Part shown: positions 28,588 through 43,668 of the stretch, one piece after another
Numbering within the stretch: position 1 is the stretch's first letter
Layout of the letters: each line of letters begins with the position of its first letter
NCBI GenBank assembly: GCA_951406725.2
Contig: OX597831.1
Location: 60,016,001 to 60,080,000 of the forward strand
DNA length: 64,000 nucleotides
Origin: Octopus vulgaris
Taxonomy: Eukaryota
Direction of reading: 5' to 3'
The notes under the pieces: generated by a model
Told to the model about the DNA's origin: nothing
The model's database searches: none
What the model saw: the letters and a program-made list of their open reading frames with translations, nothing else
Translations under genes and position numbers: made by a program

Positions 28588-29308
28588 AGTATTTGTTTAT
28601 GTATATAGATATATATGTGTGTGTATGTGTGTGCCAAAGTGGGAGAGAGAGAGTGTGCGCATGTATATATGTATATACATATATATATGCATGCATAAAA
28701 GCATACACATATATATTAATAGAGCGAAATGACGAAGGTACTGACATTTACATATATAATGTTATGTGCGTGTGTGAGTGTGTGTCTGTGTATGTGTGTC
28801 TGTGTGTGTGTATAAGAGTTAAAGTGTATACAGATGTTGCTGAGAACAGTTGTTGGTGATTTAAGTTATTTTTCCTTTTGGTTATGCGTTGTCTAAAGTT
28901 AGATATAACAACGATTGTCCTCACCTTTCATGTCTTCCATGTTCATAAAAATGTATTATCTATTATTATTGTCAAAAAGAACACTATTATCGCTGATAAT
29001 GTTAGATTCTAATTCATGATAATTCATTCCTCAACATCAGAATATCCCATCATTGTGTCTCATAAAACTAGTCTGCTACACAAGAAAAATAGACGTCAAT
29101 ACATCATAACCATCCATCTGAACCAGATCTTAAATAGCTATCTCGGTATCTAACAATAAAGAGAAACACATTTCTTTCAAGATCTCGAAACATAAAAATA
29201 AACATAAACAAGAAGAAACATTTATATTTTGAAGGAAATAGATATTCCAATTTTGTTAATGGAAATTCAGAATAAAGTAGGTAATATAAGTAGCAAGATA
29301 TATATGTA

Positions 29309-29362
<54 letters not shown>

Positions 29363-29449
29363 CATATACATATACACACACAATATATATATACATATAT
29401 ATACTTATATATATACATAGGCATAGATATATTTTTATTATATACATGC

Positions 29450-29480
<31 letters not shown>

Positions 29481-30690
29481 TATATATATATATGTGTGTA
29501 TGTATGTATGTATGTGTGTATGTGTGTGTGTGTTTATGTGTGTGCTGCCATTCATCGATATGTATATGCATATGGGTATTTAATAAATGACAATATTTTC
29601 GAATAGGAATATAATTATATTAATGCCGAATCGTTCTAACATTTGGGTTCTGACTTACAAAACAACGCAATCTTTTATTATTCCAAAATAAAATTTTCTG
29701 TGATTTCAAAAGAGAATATGAATTATTGTCCCATGAAATGCAGCAATAGCCTTTGCATGTTATTCCGATGTAGCGAATACATTGAAATATTTTCACATAC
29801 ATGCAAAAGACGTTTGCAAACAATAGTGCTCGAATACCTGATAAATTGCTGAAAAATCTTCACTCTTAGTCACACTCCATTTCGTTGAACACCTGTGACT
29901 AATATTGAATTAATATCGTGATGGTACATGTAATATAATATATAATATAATTCAATTGAAGGAATAAGCATTTATTTTCGATTGGGTGGCTGATTTATAA
30001 AACGAAATCGTATAGTTTATGTTACAATTTGGGTTGGGTGTGTGAAATTTAATCAATGTAGATATATTATGATACTATCGAAAAAAGAAACTCTTGTACA
30101 CATCGGAGGGCATATATATCGAAGAAACTATTAATTAATCTTCAATAATTAAATTGAAGATATAGTATCACACGTTGGTTATTGAAAGTGAGATAATAAT
30201 ATAAGATAAAGGAGAAACCGAAGTTAAAACGTTCAATAATGAAAGTACGGTGAACAACGTATATTCATACAATATATATGTAAACATAAAGACGTATATA
30301 TGTACGAGTGTTTGTATGTATGAATGTATGTATGTATGTATGTATGTATGTATGTATGTATGTATGTATGTATGTATGTATGTAGGTATGTATTATGCAT
30401 GTATGCATATATGTATGTCTGTGTGTATGTATGGATGTATCTATGTATATATGCAATTGAAACAGAACATTTTAAACCTAGCGTGTTTTTCGGGAGAGCT
30501 ATAGATATTTAAAATCTGAAATATTCAGAGAGGTGCCCAGAGTCATGTATGTTGACAAAACCTGTGTATTTCTATATAACATCATCCTCTGGTGCGTCTA
30601 AGAGCGCGTATGTTCTTCTTGATAATATGTGTCATATCAGGCTTTGAATTCATAACCCTATTACAGAATCTCCATACACACACATATATG

Positions 30691-32250
30691 CTAGCATAAA
30701 TACCCGACGTTGCCCGGGTCAAAGAGAATAATGAAATTTAGAAACACCGTCTAGATTATACAGGTCTCAACTGCTAGTATCTGAGATTCAAACTGTCTAC
30801 ATTAATAACTCTCCAGCCCATGCCAGCATAGAAGATAGAAGCGGAATGTTAAAAGATAAGCTTCATCTCATATATGCATATAAAGGAAATACATGCTTTT
30901 CTAGCTTATTTCCCAGCCAAAAATCAGGTATGGTTTATAAACAATGAAAGGCCGATTCTGGTGATTTATTTGACAGAGGTAGTAGAGAGCCAATGTGATG
31001 ATAAATCAGACCTTGGACCTTGAAAATTTGCCTGAATCCTGGCTCAGTTAAATCTCCTGTGGCTTCAGATGATGTCATCTGAAGTGCAGCCTTGTATTGT
31101 CTAATTTTATTTTCGTGTGCTTGGAATCTTGGTCAGATGTTGACAACAGTTTCTTCAATGGTCCCAGAGGCTGGCTGATTGCGGGAAAGTTAACCTTCCC
31201 ACCACCGCCTCACAGTGCAGGTGTCTCTCCTTGCGTTATGATATATGTACTCAGTTGTCATCTGCAAAAGGAACTGCTGGAACATGATTGAAAGTCCCTT
31301 CGTAGAATTTGCTTCTCTGAGCTGTTGCAACTGCTCTTCGTTCTGCAGTTGAGATCTTATTCATTTTCAGCCGTGCATACCTCTCTGTTCATCAATTTGA
31401 GAAGCTTTGGCTTTTGTAGTGCACAGTCCGTTCGTTTGTTGGTATTCTCCCTTACTTCAGCTGTCTCCCTATTCCTGGACAGAGACGTTATTTTGTCTGA
31501 TCTTGAGACTGTAGACAAATTTAACACTTTCCCTCTAGGCATGGTTATATATGCATATAAAAATACACGGGTACAGAAATTAAAGAACAATGAAAATAAC
31601 TTGGTAACGGAAATTATGTTTCTTAATACAAAGGGCAGAAAGTAAATAAGGAAATTTTTTAGGAAAAGAAAGAATTGCATGGGTTTCAGCGAAATCTGTC
31701 AGTGAACCAAAGTGCCAGTTTGGAAGGAACCAGAAAAAAAGCTCTTAAAAACAGAAAAAACACAAAACCGGTGTAAAAAAAAGTACGTACGAAAATTTAT
31801 GGAAATTAACTAAGTATAGAGATTTAAGTGACATTTTTGAAGTTACTCCTGGCAGTATATTTTGGACTTTTATCAATAATTCCGTTAACAAAAAAAAAAA
31901 AAAAGAAAGGAAAAATAACCAAATGTTGCAAGTGTAAATAAGATATTTGTAGGCAAATTTAACGAAGTGTACAGATCGAAGTGTCACTTAAGGAGTTACT
32001 TCTGTCAGTAAATTATGCATGGATTTACTTTCATCAGTAAGAGCTAACTTCTTTCTGTCAGTAATTTGCCATTGTTGGTTGTATATTGCGATTGAAAACT
32101 TACAGTGAAAACAATAGAGAATGAGTGTGATATGGAGAGAGGGGAAAGAAAGAGCTATCTATTTAGACAAATAAGATAGATATAGATAGATAAGGAATAG
32201 ACAGATAGATACAGAGAGACAGATAGGTATACAGATAGATATAGAGATAG
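30691..32250 (-). mobile_element. Internally deleted Helitron (RepHel N-terminal remnant plus 3' hairpin-CTAG)
   Basis: Minus strand: MPRGK.. start near 31542; GETPAL*GGGGKVNFP..PLKKLL; KIRQYKAALQMTS..FKVQGLIYHHIGSLLPL. The 3' end CCCGGGCAACGTCGGG...CTAG lies at 30691-30718. The 5' boundary is approximate. Confidence 0.8.
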
Positions 32251-32264
32251 CTTAGTAAGGGTTT

Positions 32265-32502
32265 TAGGGTGATCTATAGACTAACAGCTAAGTTACGGGA
32301 CATGAACACACCAAGATCGGTTTTCAAGTGATGGTGGGGTGAAAAACACAACCATACAAACACAGACACTCACACACACACTCTCTCACTAATGCACACA
32401 CACACACTAACATACACACACACATATACGACGGACTTTCAGTTTCCGTCCAACAAATCCATACACAAGGCTTTGGTCGGACCGAGCCTATAGTAGAAGA
32501 CA
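32265..32502 (-). mobile_element. SINE family A fragment
   Basis: gctaagttacgggac..acaccaa..atcggtt, an internal CA tract, and ctttcagtttccgtc..ctatagtagaagacac. Confidence 0.7.
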
Positions 32503-32544
32503 CTCTGATACATGGAGCTGACTTGAAGTCGATGATCGGGGTCA

Positions 32545-32945
32545 CTCACCTCATTCGCCTCCACTCACGAAGGGTTTCTCCATATAAGTCTGCTGCGTTA
32601 CCATCCACATTACAGGCCACATTTTTGTTCAATTCCCTGAAGTCCAGCACCGGTCGAATCATATTCATTGTTGGCTTAACCACAGCCATCAACGGCAGCA
32701 CACCGCTCGTCGTCTCCTCAATTCATGGCATCAGAATATCTTCCTCTATCCTTCTGTTTACTTCACTCTCGAACACGTACCTAGCTTCTCCTTCTAAGGT
32801 GTGCTCGTAGCTCACACTGTTTCATAGTACGACAGGTTCTCCTTTCAAGAAGTGCTCCACCGTCGAAAATTCGTTTTCGAATTCATGACGGAAGTCCTCG
32901 TCTTCAACTGTATCTATGGAAGACAATCTCACTGCCGGAAGTGTG
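32545..32945 (-). mobile_element. LTR retrotransposon (Gypsy-like) pol/RT N-terminal fragment
   Basis: Minus-strand translation FESEVNRRIEEDILMP*..VLPLMAVVKP..IRPVLDFRELNKNV contains the RT D(F/Y)R.LN motif. Confidence 0.7.
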
Positions 32946-33374
32946 TGTGGAAGTTTCGCATGTAAGTATAGGTTTCAGGCGACTTTATCTCCAACCGGGT
33001 GTTGGTAAGTTTTTTGCTTCCCAACTCAGGAGAAAAATAAGGCCGAAAAGGAGTTGCCTACACTTCAGTATATACAAGAAAAATAGAAGAAAATGGCATA
33101 CATTTTGAGAGTGGGTGTGACATCTTAAGGGAGGACATAAATTTCTTTAAACGGTTCAGTGGTGGAATGTGGTCTATGGGGTCATACCCCTCCCTCAGCT
33201 CATATTAGTCATTCGCTTAAATTATATATCATGAATTTTTAATATTTCATCATTCGTTGGCAAATCATTCCAACCCCTTGTTCTATCCCTTCCAGAAGAA
33301 TAAAAACCAATTCGAAATTTGCCCACCAAGATTTAGTGACGTTGTTTATGGTTAGTGTCGATTCTTTGCTTGTT

Positions 33375-33815
33375 ATATAACAAGCAAAGAAACGACAGTA
33401 ACCATGGTCTTACTGCGTCTGCACATCATCAGATCCATTCCGCCAGCGTCTATCAGCCTGGATTTAAACCCATTTGAACACCTGTAGGATGAAATCAAGA
33501 GACGGCTAAACCAGGTGGTCCCAATGCCGACAACTCGTGGGGAACTGGAGGCAGCTTTCCTGAGTGTGTGTGCACAGGTGCCAATGGCTTTTGTGAACCT
33601 CCTCAAGCACTCCATGTACCAAAGACGTTTGGTCGTTTTGAACAAACACAGAAGACATATACGGTACTGAACATGTCACGCCCTAAAATTTTGATGTGTT
33701 GGATTCGCCCACTTCCAGAACACATGTCAACGACCCATAAACTGTGCATCCAAGTAATTATCTTTACCAGATTTATCAAACTTTATTGCTCACGCGTTTC
33801 TTTTGCGCTTCAGCG
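33375..33815 (+). mobile_element. Tc1-like transposon 3' remnant
   Basis: SLDLNPFEHL*DEIKRRL..ELEAAF..HSMYQRR..RHIRY* matches the Tc1 SPDLNPIE motif and C-terminus. Confidence 0.8.
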
Positions 33816-35244
33816 TGTTTCTTGGTTTAAAAACGTGAGATAGATTTTGAAAGATACTTTCCTTCAAAATTTATCCAGATGTATCTGGATTTCCTCAGAA
33901 TTTCTAAGAAAATACAAATTACTGTTGTCTTATTTCAATATAAAAATGAACCACTTACTCCGAACATTCTAGGAAAGCTTATAAAATGATATTTCATTAT
34001 AAATTCCTGAGTAAGACATTTATTAATGTGTATAAATTTATATTGTTGAAAGAAATTCTTAAATAATTTAGAAGAACGTCATATGTATCCTAAGGACAAG
34101 AAACACAAAAGCCCACTTCAAGAATATATTCTTAGTAAATATCTTTTTAGAAATAATTAATCATCGGTCAGATATTCAGATAATTATATAAGGTATGTCT
34201 GTGTTTTGAATAGCAGGATTACATTTAATAATATTAATACGCAAACTGTTACGTTATATATATTCTTTGTCGATATATGATTTATATATGAATGTATTTA
34301 ACATTTGAAGTTTTCCCTCTCGTTCTTATATTCTTTATGCTGTTATAGGATTTTATGGAATTATTAAATTAAATATAGATTTAAGAACGATCATATTTTC
34401 TTTTAATATTTCTATATCATTAATTCCATTTTGTACAGTGAATATAGATATCTGAAAGGCTTTAATCTCTTTTTTGTGATTTCTTTTAAATATATTTTAC
34501 TTTAACAAGTGTATTAAAATATTCATATAATATGTCGGTACATGCATTTTGAAATTGTCTAGTGTTTCATAATTCCTTATAGAATAAAAGATAAATATAC
34601 AGATTTCATCCAGCATTAAAAGGTCTTGTAATTCATGTTTATTTGCATATATTTTTTAAAGTTTTTATGAGGAAGAAATATTACATCAAATGTAAAATTA
34701 CATCTATATCAGAAGCAGTATAACATTTTCATATATCTAAAGATACGTTGAATCAATATATTATTTGATATTATTCTGAAATAAGTTCTACAATTTAATG
34801 ATTTAAAGTAACAGAATATGTTGTTATTTTTGTTTTGCTCACTGTACTTTCATTAGTTAACGAGATAGAGTTAGTGAATGTTATGATAACGATGGGAGTC
34901 TTTGAGCCATAAATACCAGATCGAAACTTTTATGCCAATTTGCTCTAAGTGCGAATGTATATTTATATTTGTAATGTTAAGTTTCAGGTTGAGTTCCTTT
35001 ACAGTTTTCTACAACGGAAAGGAAACTAATCTTCTTTCTGTACATCCTTTTATAAACAGTGTACCTATATATCAGTGTTTTGTCAAACTAGAGTGATACC
35101 CATAATAGCAAACGTATAAGTTAGCATGACTGCGAAAAAAAAACAGTACATTAAGTCGCGTGATTCGTAAATTATTTTGATGTCAGTAATAAGAAGGAAA
35201 TCACGAACAGTTATTGGGGCTTGAGATACATTGATATATAACCA

Positions 35245-35420
35245 ATGACATCTCATTTTAACAGATATTTTACCAAAATTACATAAAAAAAACTCTTGAA
35301 GTACTAAAGGGTAAATGTATTCAACAAAATCGTCATTGGCTTCAACCATGGCTTCTAGACGATTCCGGAATTTGATGCAGGTCGAAATTTTGAGTTCGTT
35401 TCGGAGCTTGAAGATATACA
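35245..35420 (-). mobile_element. Tc1/mariner-superfamily (maT/DD37D-like) 3' fragment
   Basis: TCIKFRNRLEAMVEANDDFVE. The downstream sequence is shared with 37268-37490. Confidence 0.6.
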
Positions 35421-37228
35421 TTTTTAGCGCTTGAGATTTTAACACTCGTTTTTAAGGGTTCTTGCGAGAGAAAATCGATTCGTAACAATCAATATAAAAA
35501 CTAAAATGAAGAACGCCAAACATGTAATTAATTAATTTTTCGGGCATTATTCAAAATTTCAAATGGTTCGTGGAGCCAACGATGTAAAATTAAGAACTTC
35601 AGGTTTTAATACAGTTGTTCTTAACGAATTTCGCAATTCTAAATATATTCATAAAATCCTTCTTTGCCCAACCCTTTTTCAATTTGATTATCATTTTATT
35701 ATCGTTAAAATCCGAACGACTTGTAAGAGTATATATTCTAATTTTGACAAGGCAGTTTCTACTTTCTGCTCATTGACATTTAACGCGGTAAAAAAAAACA
35801 CAAATTCGAAATTTGGTTATTTACAGAATTATTACCATTACACCATAATTAATTAAAATTTTTGAAAAATGTAATTATTTTATATACTTTGTGGAGACGC
35901 AACATACATTTCCTGAAAATTATTGACATTTCGCTATTATTAGATAGAAATGGTGTTAGAGAGCCATTGATTTACGAAGGTGAAGTTCCATTCTAATCAG
36001 GATATGATATTACTATAAAATATAAATGCATAACAAACTTAATGTAGAGTGAAGAAGTCTAAATGCTGCAACATTACAAGTGATTCTCTTAAATTAATTC
36101 TCTTGACATCAGAGTAATGTTTGAAGATATTTAATTGCAATATGCGACTAATAATATTAGAAATGACAAATAGAACTATTTTAATTAGTTAAGTGCAAAT
36201 GTAACATTTTATGTTAATAGTCAATATATGAGTGTGTGTACATACATGCGTTTGCATACACACACACACGCTGACACACACGCATACACACTCACACACT
36301 CACACACGTACACACGTATATATGACTTTACGTATATATATGTCTACATATATTCGCATACATGCTAACATGTTTACATACGTGTGTATGTACATATATG
36401 CATATTTATATATACATTTGTAAACATGAGATCGCAGACCGCAATCATCTATGTGTGTGCCTATGTGTGAGCACCTGTTTAATTCCAAAGTCAAGGCAGT
36501 CTCTTCGTTTGAAAAATATCTAGGAGTGACTCGAATCCTATTTATATGCAAGTTGGAAGTTGAAAGAAACGACCTCATTCTCCCTTAATAATGAAGCAAT
36601 GCCAGGTTGTAAAAATTTGAGAAGTAATAAGGAATGTGTGTGAAGGTAATAAACCCGACGGAAAGCTCAATCAAAACGACACTGGGTGCGTGGTACTGGC
36701 TTCAAACGCATTAATTACGGCCAGGCCTGTCAACGCGATGCGAATCTCTATATTCACAACAGTCACAGCTTTGTCTACATTCATTATATACATAGTTACA
36801 TTTATGACCGCCCCTGAATATGTATAAGTAAATATACATCCATGTACGTATATGTCTTGCAGATGTATGTTATTGAGCCAGAAACACATCCCCTCGTCTC
36901 TCCCCTCACCTGTGCGTTTCTTTTATATCATGTATCCTTTCGACAATTTCTTGATTCTTGAGATAATCTCCCACTTTCAAGTGGAGCAGGGATTAAATCC
37001 ATTTCCTTAGGTTTGCAATCTGCAATCTTGCAGCAGTGGTAAATGATATATAATATATACACATGAATGGGTGCATGTGTGCTTGTGTTTGAGTATATTT
37101 AATTTCGTAAATAATTGAAAATGCTATTGTTCTTCGATCAGTCATTTTGGTGACTTTTAATTTTGAAAACATTTTCTCGATTTTGATTTGATAGCTTTAC
37201 TAAGTTGATATCACCTCTACAAAAACAC

Positions 37229-37267
<39 letters not shown>

Positions 37268-37268
<1 letters not shown>

Positions 37269-37490
37269 CGAGGTGGGCGCACATTGACCGAAAGACCAGC
37301 AAAACACCTTGAAAGACCACAGATGAACTGAAGGCAATAATTATAGCAATAATCAAGAGTCGCATGAGATTTCGAAGTCGTCTGGAGATTTTATTGAATA
37401 AATTTACTCAGAAGTGTTTCAAGATATTTTTTATGTAATTTTGGCAAATATATCTGTGAAAATGAGATGTCAGTGTTATTTATTTTCTGC
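37268..37490 (+). mobile_element. Second copy of the same maT-like 3' fragment, opposite orientation
   Basis: RKTSKTP*KTTDELKA and RFRSRLE, followed by tatgtaattttgg..aaatgagatgtca as in 35245-35330. Confidence 0.6.
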
Positions 37491-40400
37491 CTAATTTGTG
37501 CTAGTTTATGAAACACACCCAGTTTCTTTGAACACACACACACATCCACTCGCACGCACACATGTTTATTTGTAAATTCCTCCATCGGTTAACACAGCTA
37601 TTTATGCGCAGGTATAAGAAATGGTTTTCTTTATTTTCGTTCATCAACAATAATACCATGAACAGATATTGTAATTCACAGAATATATGACTTGATTAAT
37701 CTAATGAATTGAGACATTTTTGCTAATATGCATGTAGTGGACTCTGTAGTAGTGTTGGAAATATTTGGGCAACTATCTTATTTATAGAAGAGGCGTAAAC
37801 AGAGACGTTAACGGATGTTATCTCGCAGTTTAAGGTGAATACATTGTCTTTCAATTAAAAATGCTTTGCTGAGCGAATAGCATACTTAATATTTTTAATT
37901 TAAAAAAAGGAGCTTCAAAACCACATTTCTATACGAACATATTTGAAAACTGGAATTTTCAGGAATTCTCTAGACAATAAAACTTTCAATAACCGTTTTG
38001 TTTCGGCAAAGCTGCTATATATTCTAATATACGTACTGACGACTATATATAAATATACATACGAACGTACGGACAAACATACATACGCATATACATATTC
38101 GCCATTTATTTCTTGCGTCTGTTAATGATCGACTTCTCTGCAAACCATAGCATAGTGATGCACAAAATAATGCAATCAGCGACCAGTATAAATTGTAAAG
38201 TTGTATTAGGCAAGAGCAGTAATCAATCCTTGTAGAATTTTCAAATTGCAATGCTAGGCCTTTCCACATACGTGATTACATTTACAACCGTATCAAGAAA
38301 CCATTATTATTAATCAAATACTATACCTACCGAGGTGTTAATTAAGTAAGACGTATAATAGCTACCAATCTGAAAATACACATTTGCCTTGGAATATGAT
38401 AATATGAATAACGGATAACTTTTATGGATCTCGTTCATAATTTTCTGACCAAAATCACCTGCAATTTACTATACCCAAGAAATAATTTGGCAGGTAAGGT
38501 CACGGAATTCAATTATGCTAAAAATCAATGAATCACTTTGGGTCCCTCGAATATTTATCAGCCACTATATAGTTAGTTTTTATGTATAATAATATATACA
38601 CCAGTATAGAGATGTGAATTATTAATGATTCAGAAAATATATTAATATTCTGAAATGCGTTCTGTATCACCCAGTGTCAGAGTTTAATTTCGTTGAATAT
38701 TATTTGGACATTCGTCACGCCGATGATTCTGTATTTTTCTGGATTCGATTTATTCAAACCACCGCTACTTATAATTTGAAGTCTTTCTCCATGATATTAT
38801 TATAGAGTATAGTGCAACGAATTTCAATTTCAAAAATTAATTATTGTCACAGAGTGAAAAATGGCCTTTTCTCAACAAATGTTATTCTGCCGAAAGGTTT
38901 TACCTTGAAAAAGCAGGAGAGAGAATCCGATAACTGGAGGGAGAGACTAGAAGAAATTTTGAGCAACATTTGAGAATTCGGTTGATTTTAAGGGCATTTC
39001 ATGGAGAAAGTTTTAAAATAATTGTAATTTATTTGAGAGTTATTTTCATCCTCAAATTTTACTGCACAATTTTAAAATATTTTCCTGGGATAAAGATGTG
39101 TATGAAATGTTCCTATTGCCTATATATGTTATTTTTCACCACAATGCATGGGATACGTCTCTCACACTTATGATTAAAGTGCAATCCTACTTTAGAAAAT
39201 TCATTTGAATCATGCTCTACTCTTCAATATAGATTTTGCGGTAGCAATTTCTCAGTCGTCTGAATTGTTAACGATCTCCAAATTTCTCTTGAATAGCGTG
39301 TCTTTGAACGTCGACTCTAATTGAGAGAATTGCGTTATTCCTTATTCGATGTTTTGAATGAAACGTGGTGTTTATTAAATCAACGAATGAAGGGATCTGA
39401 TGCAAAATAGAGCAGAAGTGTAACAAAACATCATTCAGAAACACTGAAAAAATTAGAAGAAGTGTGCTAGTTAGATCTTGAACTTACACTATACATCATT
39501 GCGAATGGAATCAGAGAGAAGATAGATGAAACGTTTTACTATTTTAATGCAATTAAAATGTATTATATTATAGTTACGAGCTATTTTGGAATTAATATAC
39601 TAGATAATTTTCAAAGACAAATGCCTATAATTCTTACGAATATTGAAATTAATACTTATGTCATATAATTAATTAATTAACTAACGGTTGTTCATATATT
39701 AAATATCGGTATTTGATGATTCATTTCCGATTCCATATCCGAAGGCATGCCGAACCGCTATCAGCATGGTTTGTTATCGACCGCCCCCACCTACTTTATT
39801 GTGAGTGAACTAACTAGCATGTTAAATGTAAAGTATTAATAGATATGCTGTGCTTCTTTGATTTATCTCCAGATCTGCGTTCATTGAATGCGAAAACTCA
39901 ACCATATTGTTTATATGCAGTGTTATAGAAAATACCATGACTAAAATACACAAGGTTTTCCTTCATGAGGTTTGGAATTTAAGCATACACACGCACACAG
40001 ACATACACAAAAATACACACACATACACACAAATACACACAAATACACACAAATACAAACACACATACATAAATCATATGTGTGTGGGTGGGTGAAAGGC
40101 CGAAATATGGGAATATTATATAAACCTCTATGTACTCATAAACTTCAGATACTAACGAATTATGTGCTTCGTGACACCGTGTAATAGATATTCTACAAAC
40201 AACACAAGACCCACAAATTCATTATCCGACATGAGTTAAGACTGAAAATAATTTGGGCTCCAATTACTAATATGTCCCGCACATGAGATAATTTCCTACT
40301 TGGAGCGTTGTCAGTAGTTATGTTACCATTTTAATCTTATTGCTTATTCTGTACTTCCAGAACAATTTGCTGTACATGTATATCAAAAATGCTATATTTT

Positions 40401-41344
40401 AGTGATAATAAATATAGCTACGTCATCGTCTGGAGATGCAATAGTTACTACCTACAATAACCGTTGTATCATATCTTTGGAAAGTCTAATGTTATACATG
40501 ATTTGATTGGGATATTTATAACATTAAAACCAGATGGAAACTGGTCTTAATGGGTTCTAGCTGACACTTTAGAAGGTAATCTTGATAAGCATCTTATGTT
40601 GCAACCGGCTTTCTGCAAGCTATAACCACCCCCATCCAATTCTGTTTATATAGCTCTTGCATAATTAGTGACTATTATTTAATCAATTGCCGAAGGTCTG
40701 ACTGTTAAATGATGGTCTCAAATACCGGCTAAATACTGCGACTAAATTTAGTGTTGCTTCGCATAATGTATTTTAAAATTCTAAAGAAGTATCAACAAAC
40801 AAAAAAATCAATGCGAAACTATAATGAGCTTCAATAAAACGCAAACACAATTTGAGTCAACAAACGAATTACACAGCTTTTAAAGTAGACTTCTTCAGCA
40901 AGGGTCAAAATTTGTTATCTAATAATAAAGATATCTTCAACTTTTAAGCCATAATATGTGCAAAATGGGGCTTTCTGCCAGATATAATTGGTTTAGTGTT
41001 TTCTTACATTGAATATTATAGTTTGCTTAAGGTTAAACCTTTTCTAATAAATATAGCAAATAAATAGAGCCAACTTATGGGAAGTGTGACAAAACATTAG
41101 CTCTGATAAAATAACTCACTAAAGTATCATTGTAGAGAATACTAATTTTAAGTAATATTTGATAAATGTTATTTAAGGTTTACCCAGGATGGCTCCTGTT
41201 CTAGTCTACCTAAGTGACTTGTACAGGATATAAAGGCTTTGCTGCAGATTTGTCTCTGGCTTCAAGGTAATGGAATATAATTTTTCGTTTTTGTTATTGC
41301 CTGTACCTACATTAAAATTATGGGTCTGCAATCCTGTTTTGCAC

Positions 41345-41397
<53 letters not shown>

Positions 41398-41956
41398 ATT
41401 TCATAATTACGTGTATAATTAGAAGAAATAGCTAAGGTACTTTGGCTGCTATTTCTAAACTTCGGTATGTGGTAAAGCACATCTTTGCTGAACCCTAATT
41501 AAAATTATACTCGTAATTATAAAATATTGTTTAAGTTTACCGAAAAATGGTCCTTTTTCAGGCCGAATTCTACTTGGTGAAATTATTGATTGATTTTGAT
41601 TTTGATTTTTCCAGTTTCAGCTCATGAGCTGTGGCTATGCTGGGGCACCGCCATTTGACGGTTACTAGTTAATTAATTAAATTTATCCTTTATTATTTTT
41701 GATATATATATATGTTAAATATTTCTGGTGCAGCCAAAACATGCTCGTTAGTATTGAGGTAGCAGACAGTGCAATAAATGAATGTTCTGACGCAGCAGTT
41801 CTATAAGCAGCAGCAGCAGTAGTCGTCGCGCCAACATCATCATTATCATCGTCGTCGTCGCCGTCGTCGTCGTCATCATCATCATCATCATCATCATCAA
41901 CATTGTCAGTAGCAGCAGCACAGGCAGTATTAACAGCGGTGTCAGTAGTAGTAGTG

Positions 41957-42005
<49 letters not shown>

Positions 42006-42761
42006 CTGTCGTTGTAGTTTGGACCGCTCTTTAATTTGCAAACGCAGCTAGGTTAAAGGGGGAAGGGAAAATCAAATTCAAAGTCGCTAATTGGAACGAC
42101 AAAAATCAAACTAGTGGACCAATGACAAGCCGTACGTACCATCAGTAAGTATCGCTATGCCATTATATATCTAGTCACGTTTACCACAAAATAGCAAAGC
42201 CATTCGTCCTGAAAATGGAAATGATTTCGCACTTTGCGATGAAGCCTTGAATATCGAAGAATATAAATTAAACTGAGGAATTCGAATACCATTGCAACAC
42301 GCATTTTCATAATTGAAGTACTGAATCTAAAACTTGCAGGGCATTTTTCTTAATAATCAATTATTTCTCGATATATTCAACTGGTTACTAGGAAACTACA
42401 GAGAAACTTAGTAATAGCGTAACATCTGAGCAACATTTCTCATCATTCCTTTCAATTTGGCATGGAAGTATTATTGAGCGTGTTTAATACACCTGGAGCA
42501 GAATCACTTATATGTAATATTATTTTCTCAAATGATTAAATATGGAGCAGACGCATATCTTTTAAGTTCTTGACAGTGGCAGTAGTGCTTCTGTCGATTA
42601 GACAGGATAGTTGTATGGCAGTTCGCCTCAAAATTGCTACCATTCTTGTAGCCTTCGATTGAATTACGTAACTTCATCTATATTCTTGTTCATGCTTCCG
42701 ATGTTCTTTAAACTTACTCTCCTTTAACTGAAGTGTGTTTGAAAATTAAAGAGGGGTGCAG

Positions 42762-42808
<47 letters not shown>

Positions 42809-42832
42809 CACTACCACCACCACCACCACCAT

Positions 42833-42905
<73 letters not shown>

Positions 42906-43465
42906 GCTGCTGCTGTTGTTGTTGTTGTTAAGCAACAAGACGGGCAGGGCTGATTAGGTGATGGTCTAGGGCTTAGGAGTGGGAGATCCCAGACCTTGGA
43001 AAAAAAAAACTTTGGTCGTCTTTTTGTAGTCGAGTGCTCTTCGTTGACGGCCGACACCACTGGGAGGTGGCCCTGGAAGTCGTTGGAAATGGATATATCC
43101 AGGTCCAAATTCTCTTGAACGACTGCTGCTGCTGCTGGTGGTGGTGGTACTACTATTACTACCACTACTACCGCTGCTGCTCCTTGTGCTGCCGCTTCTG
43201 GTGATGAAGATGATGCTGATGAGGAGGATGATGATATTGGTGCGACTGCTACTGCTGCTGCGTCAAAGCATTCTATATCGAGTAGTGTTTGCTACCTCAG
43301 TTGTAATAGAAGTAGTAGAATGAGTATGAGTTCCAATATTAGTAGCAGTAGTTGTAGCGGTAGCAGCAGCATTAGTAGTAGAAACAGCAGCAGTAGAAGT
43401 TGTAGTAGTAGTGGAGGTGGTGGTGGTAGTAGTACTAGTAGTAGTAGTAGTAGTAGTAGTAGTTT

Positions 43466-43497
<32 letters not shown>

Positions 43498-43537
43498 TTA
43501 GTGGTGGTGGTAGTGGTGGTAGTAGTAGTAGTAGTAA

Positions 43538-43587
<50 letters not shown>

Positions 43588-43618
43588 ATAGTAGTAGTAG
43601 TAGTAGTAGTAGTAGTAA

Positions 43619-43666
<48 letters not shown>
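42762..43666. repeat. Compound trinucleotide microsatellite mosaic, (CTA)n ... (TAG)n, around a unique GC-richer core at 42940-43120
   Basis: Directly visible tracts and core. Confidence 0.85.

Positions 43667-43668
<2 letters not shown>

Noticed and set aside
43292-43299. CTACCTCA, a let-7 seed match
   Set aside because: A single 8-mer is expected by chance in 64 kb, and no precursor hairpin is present.
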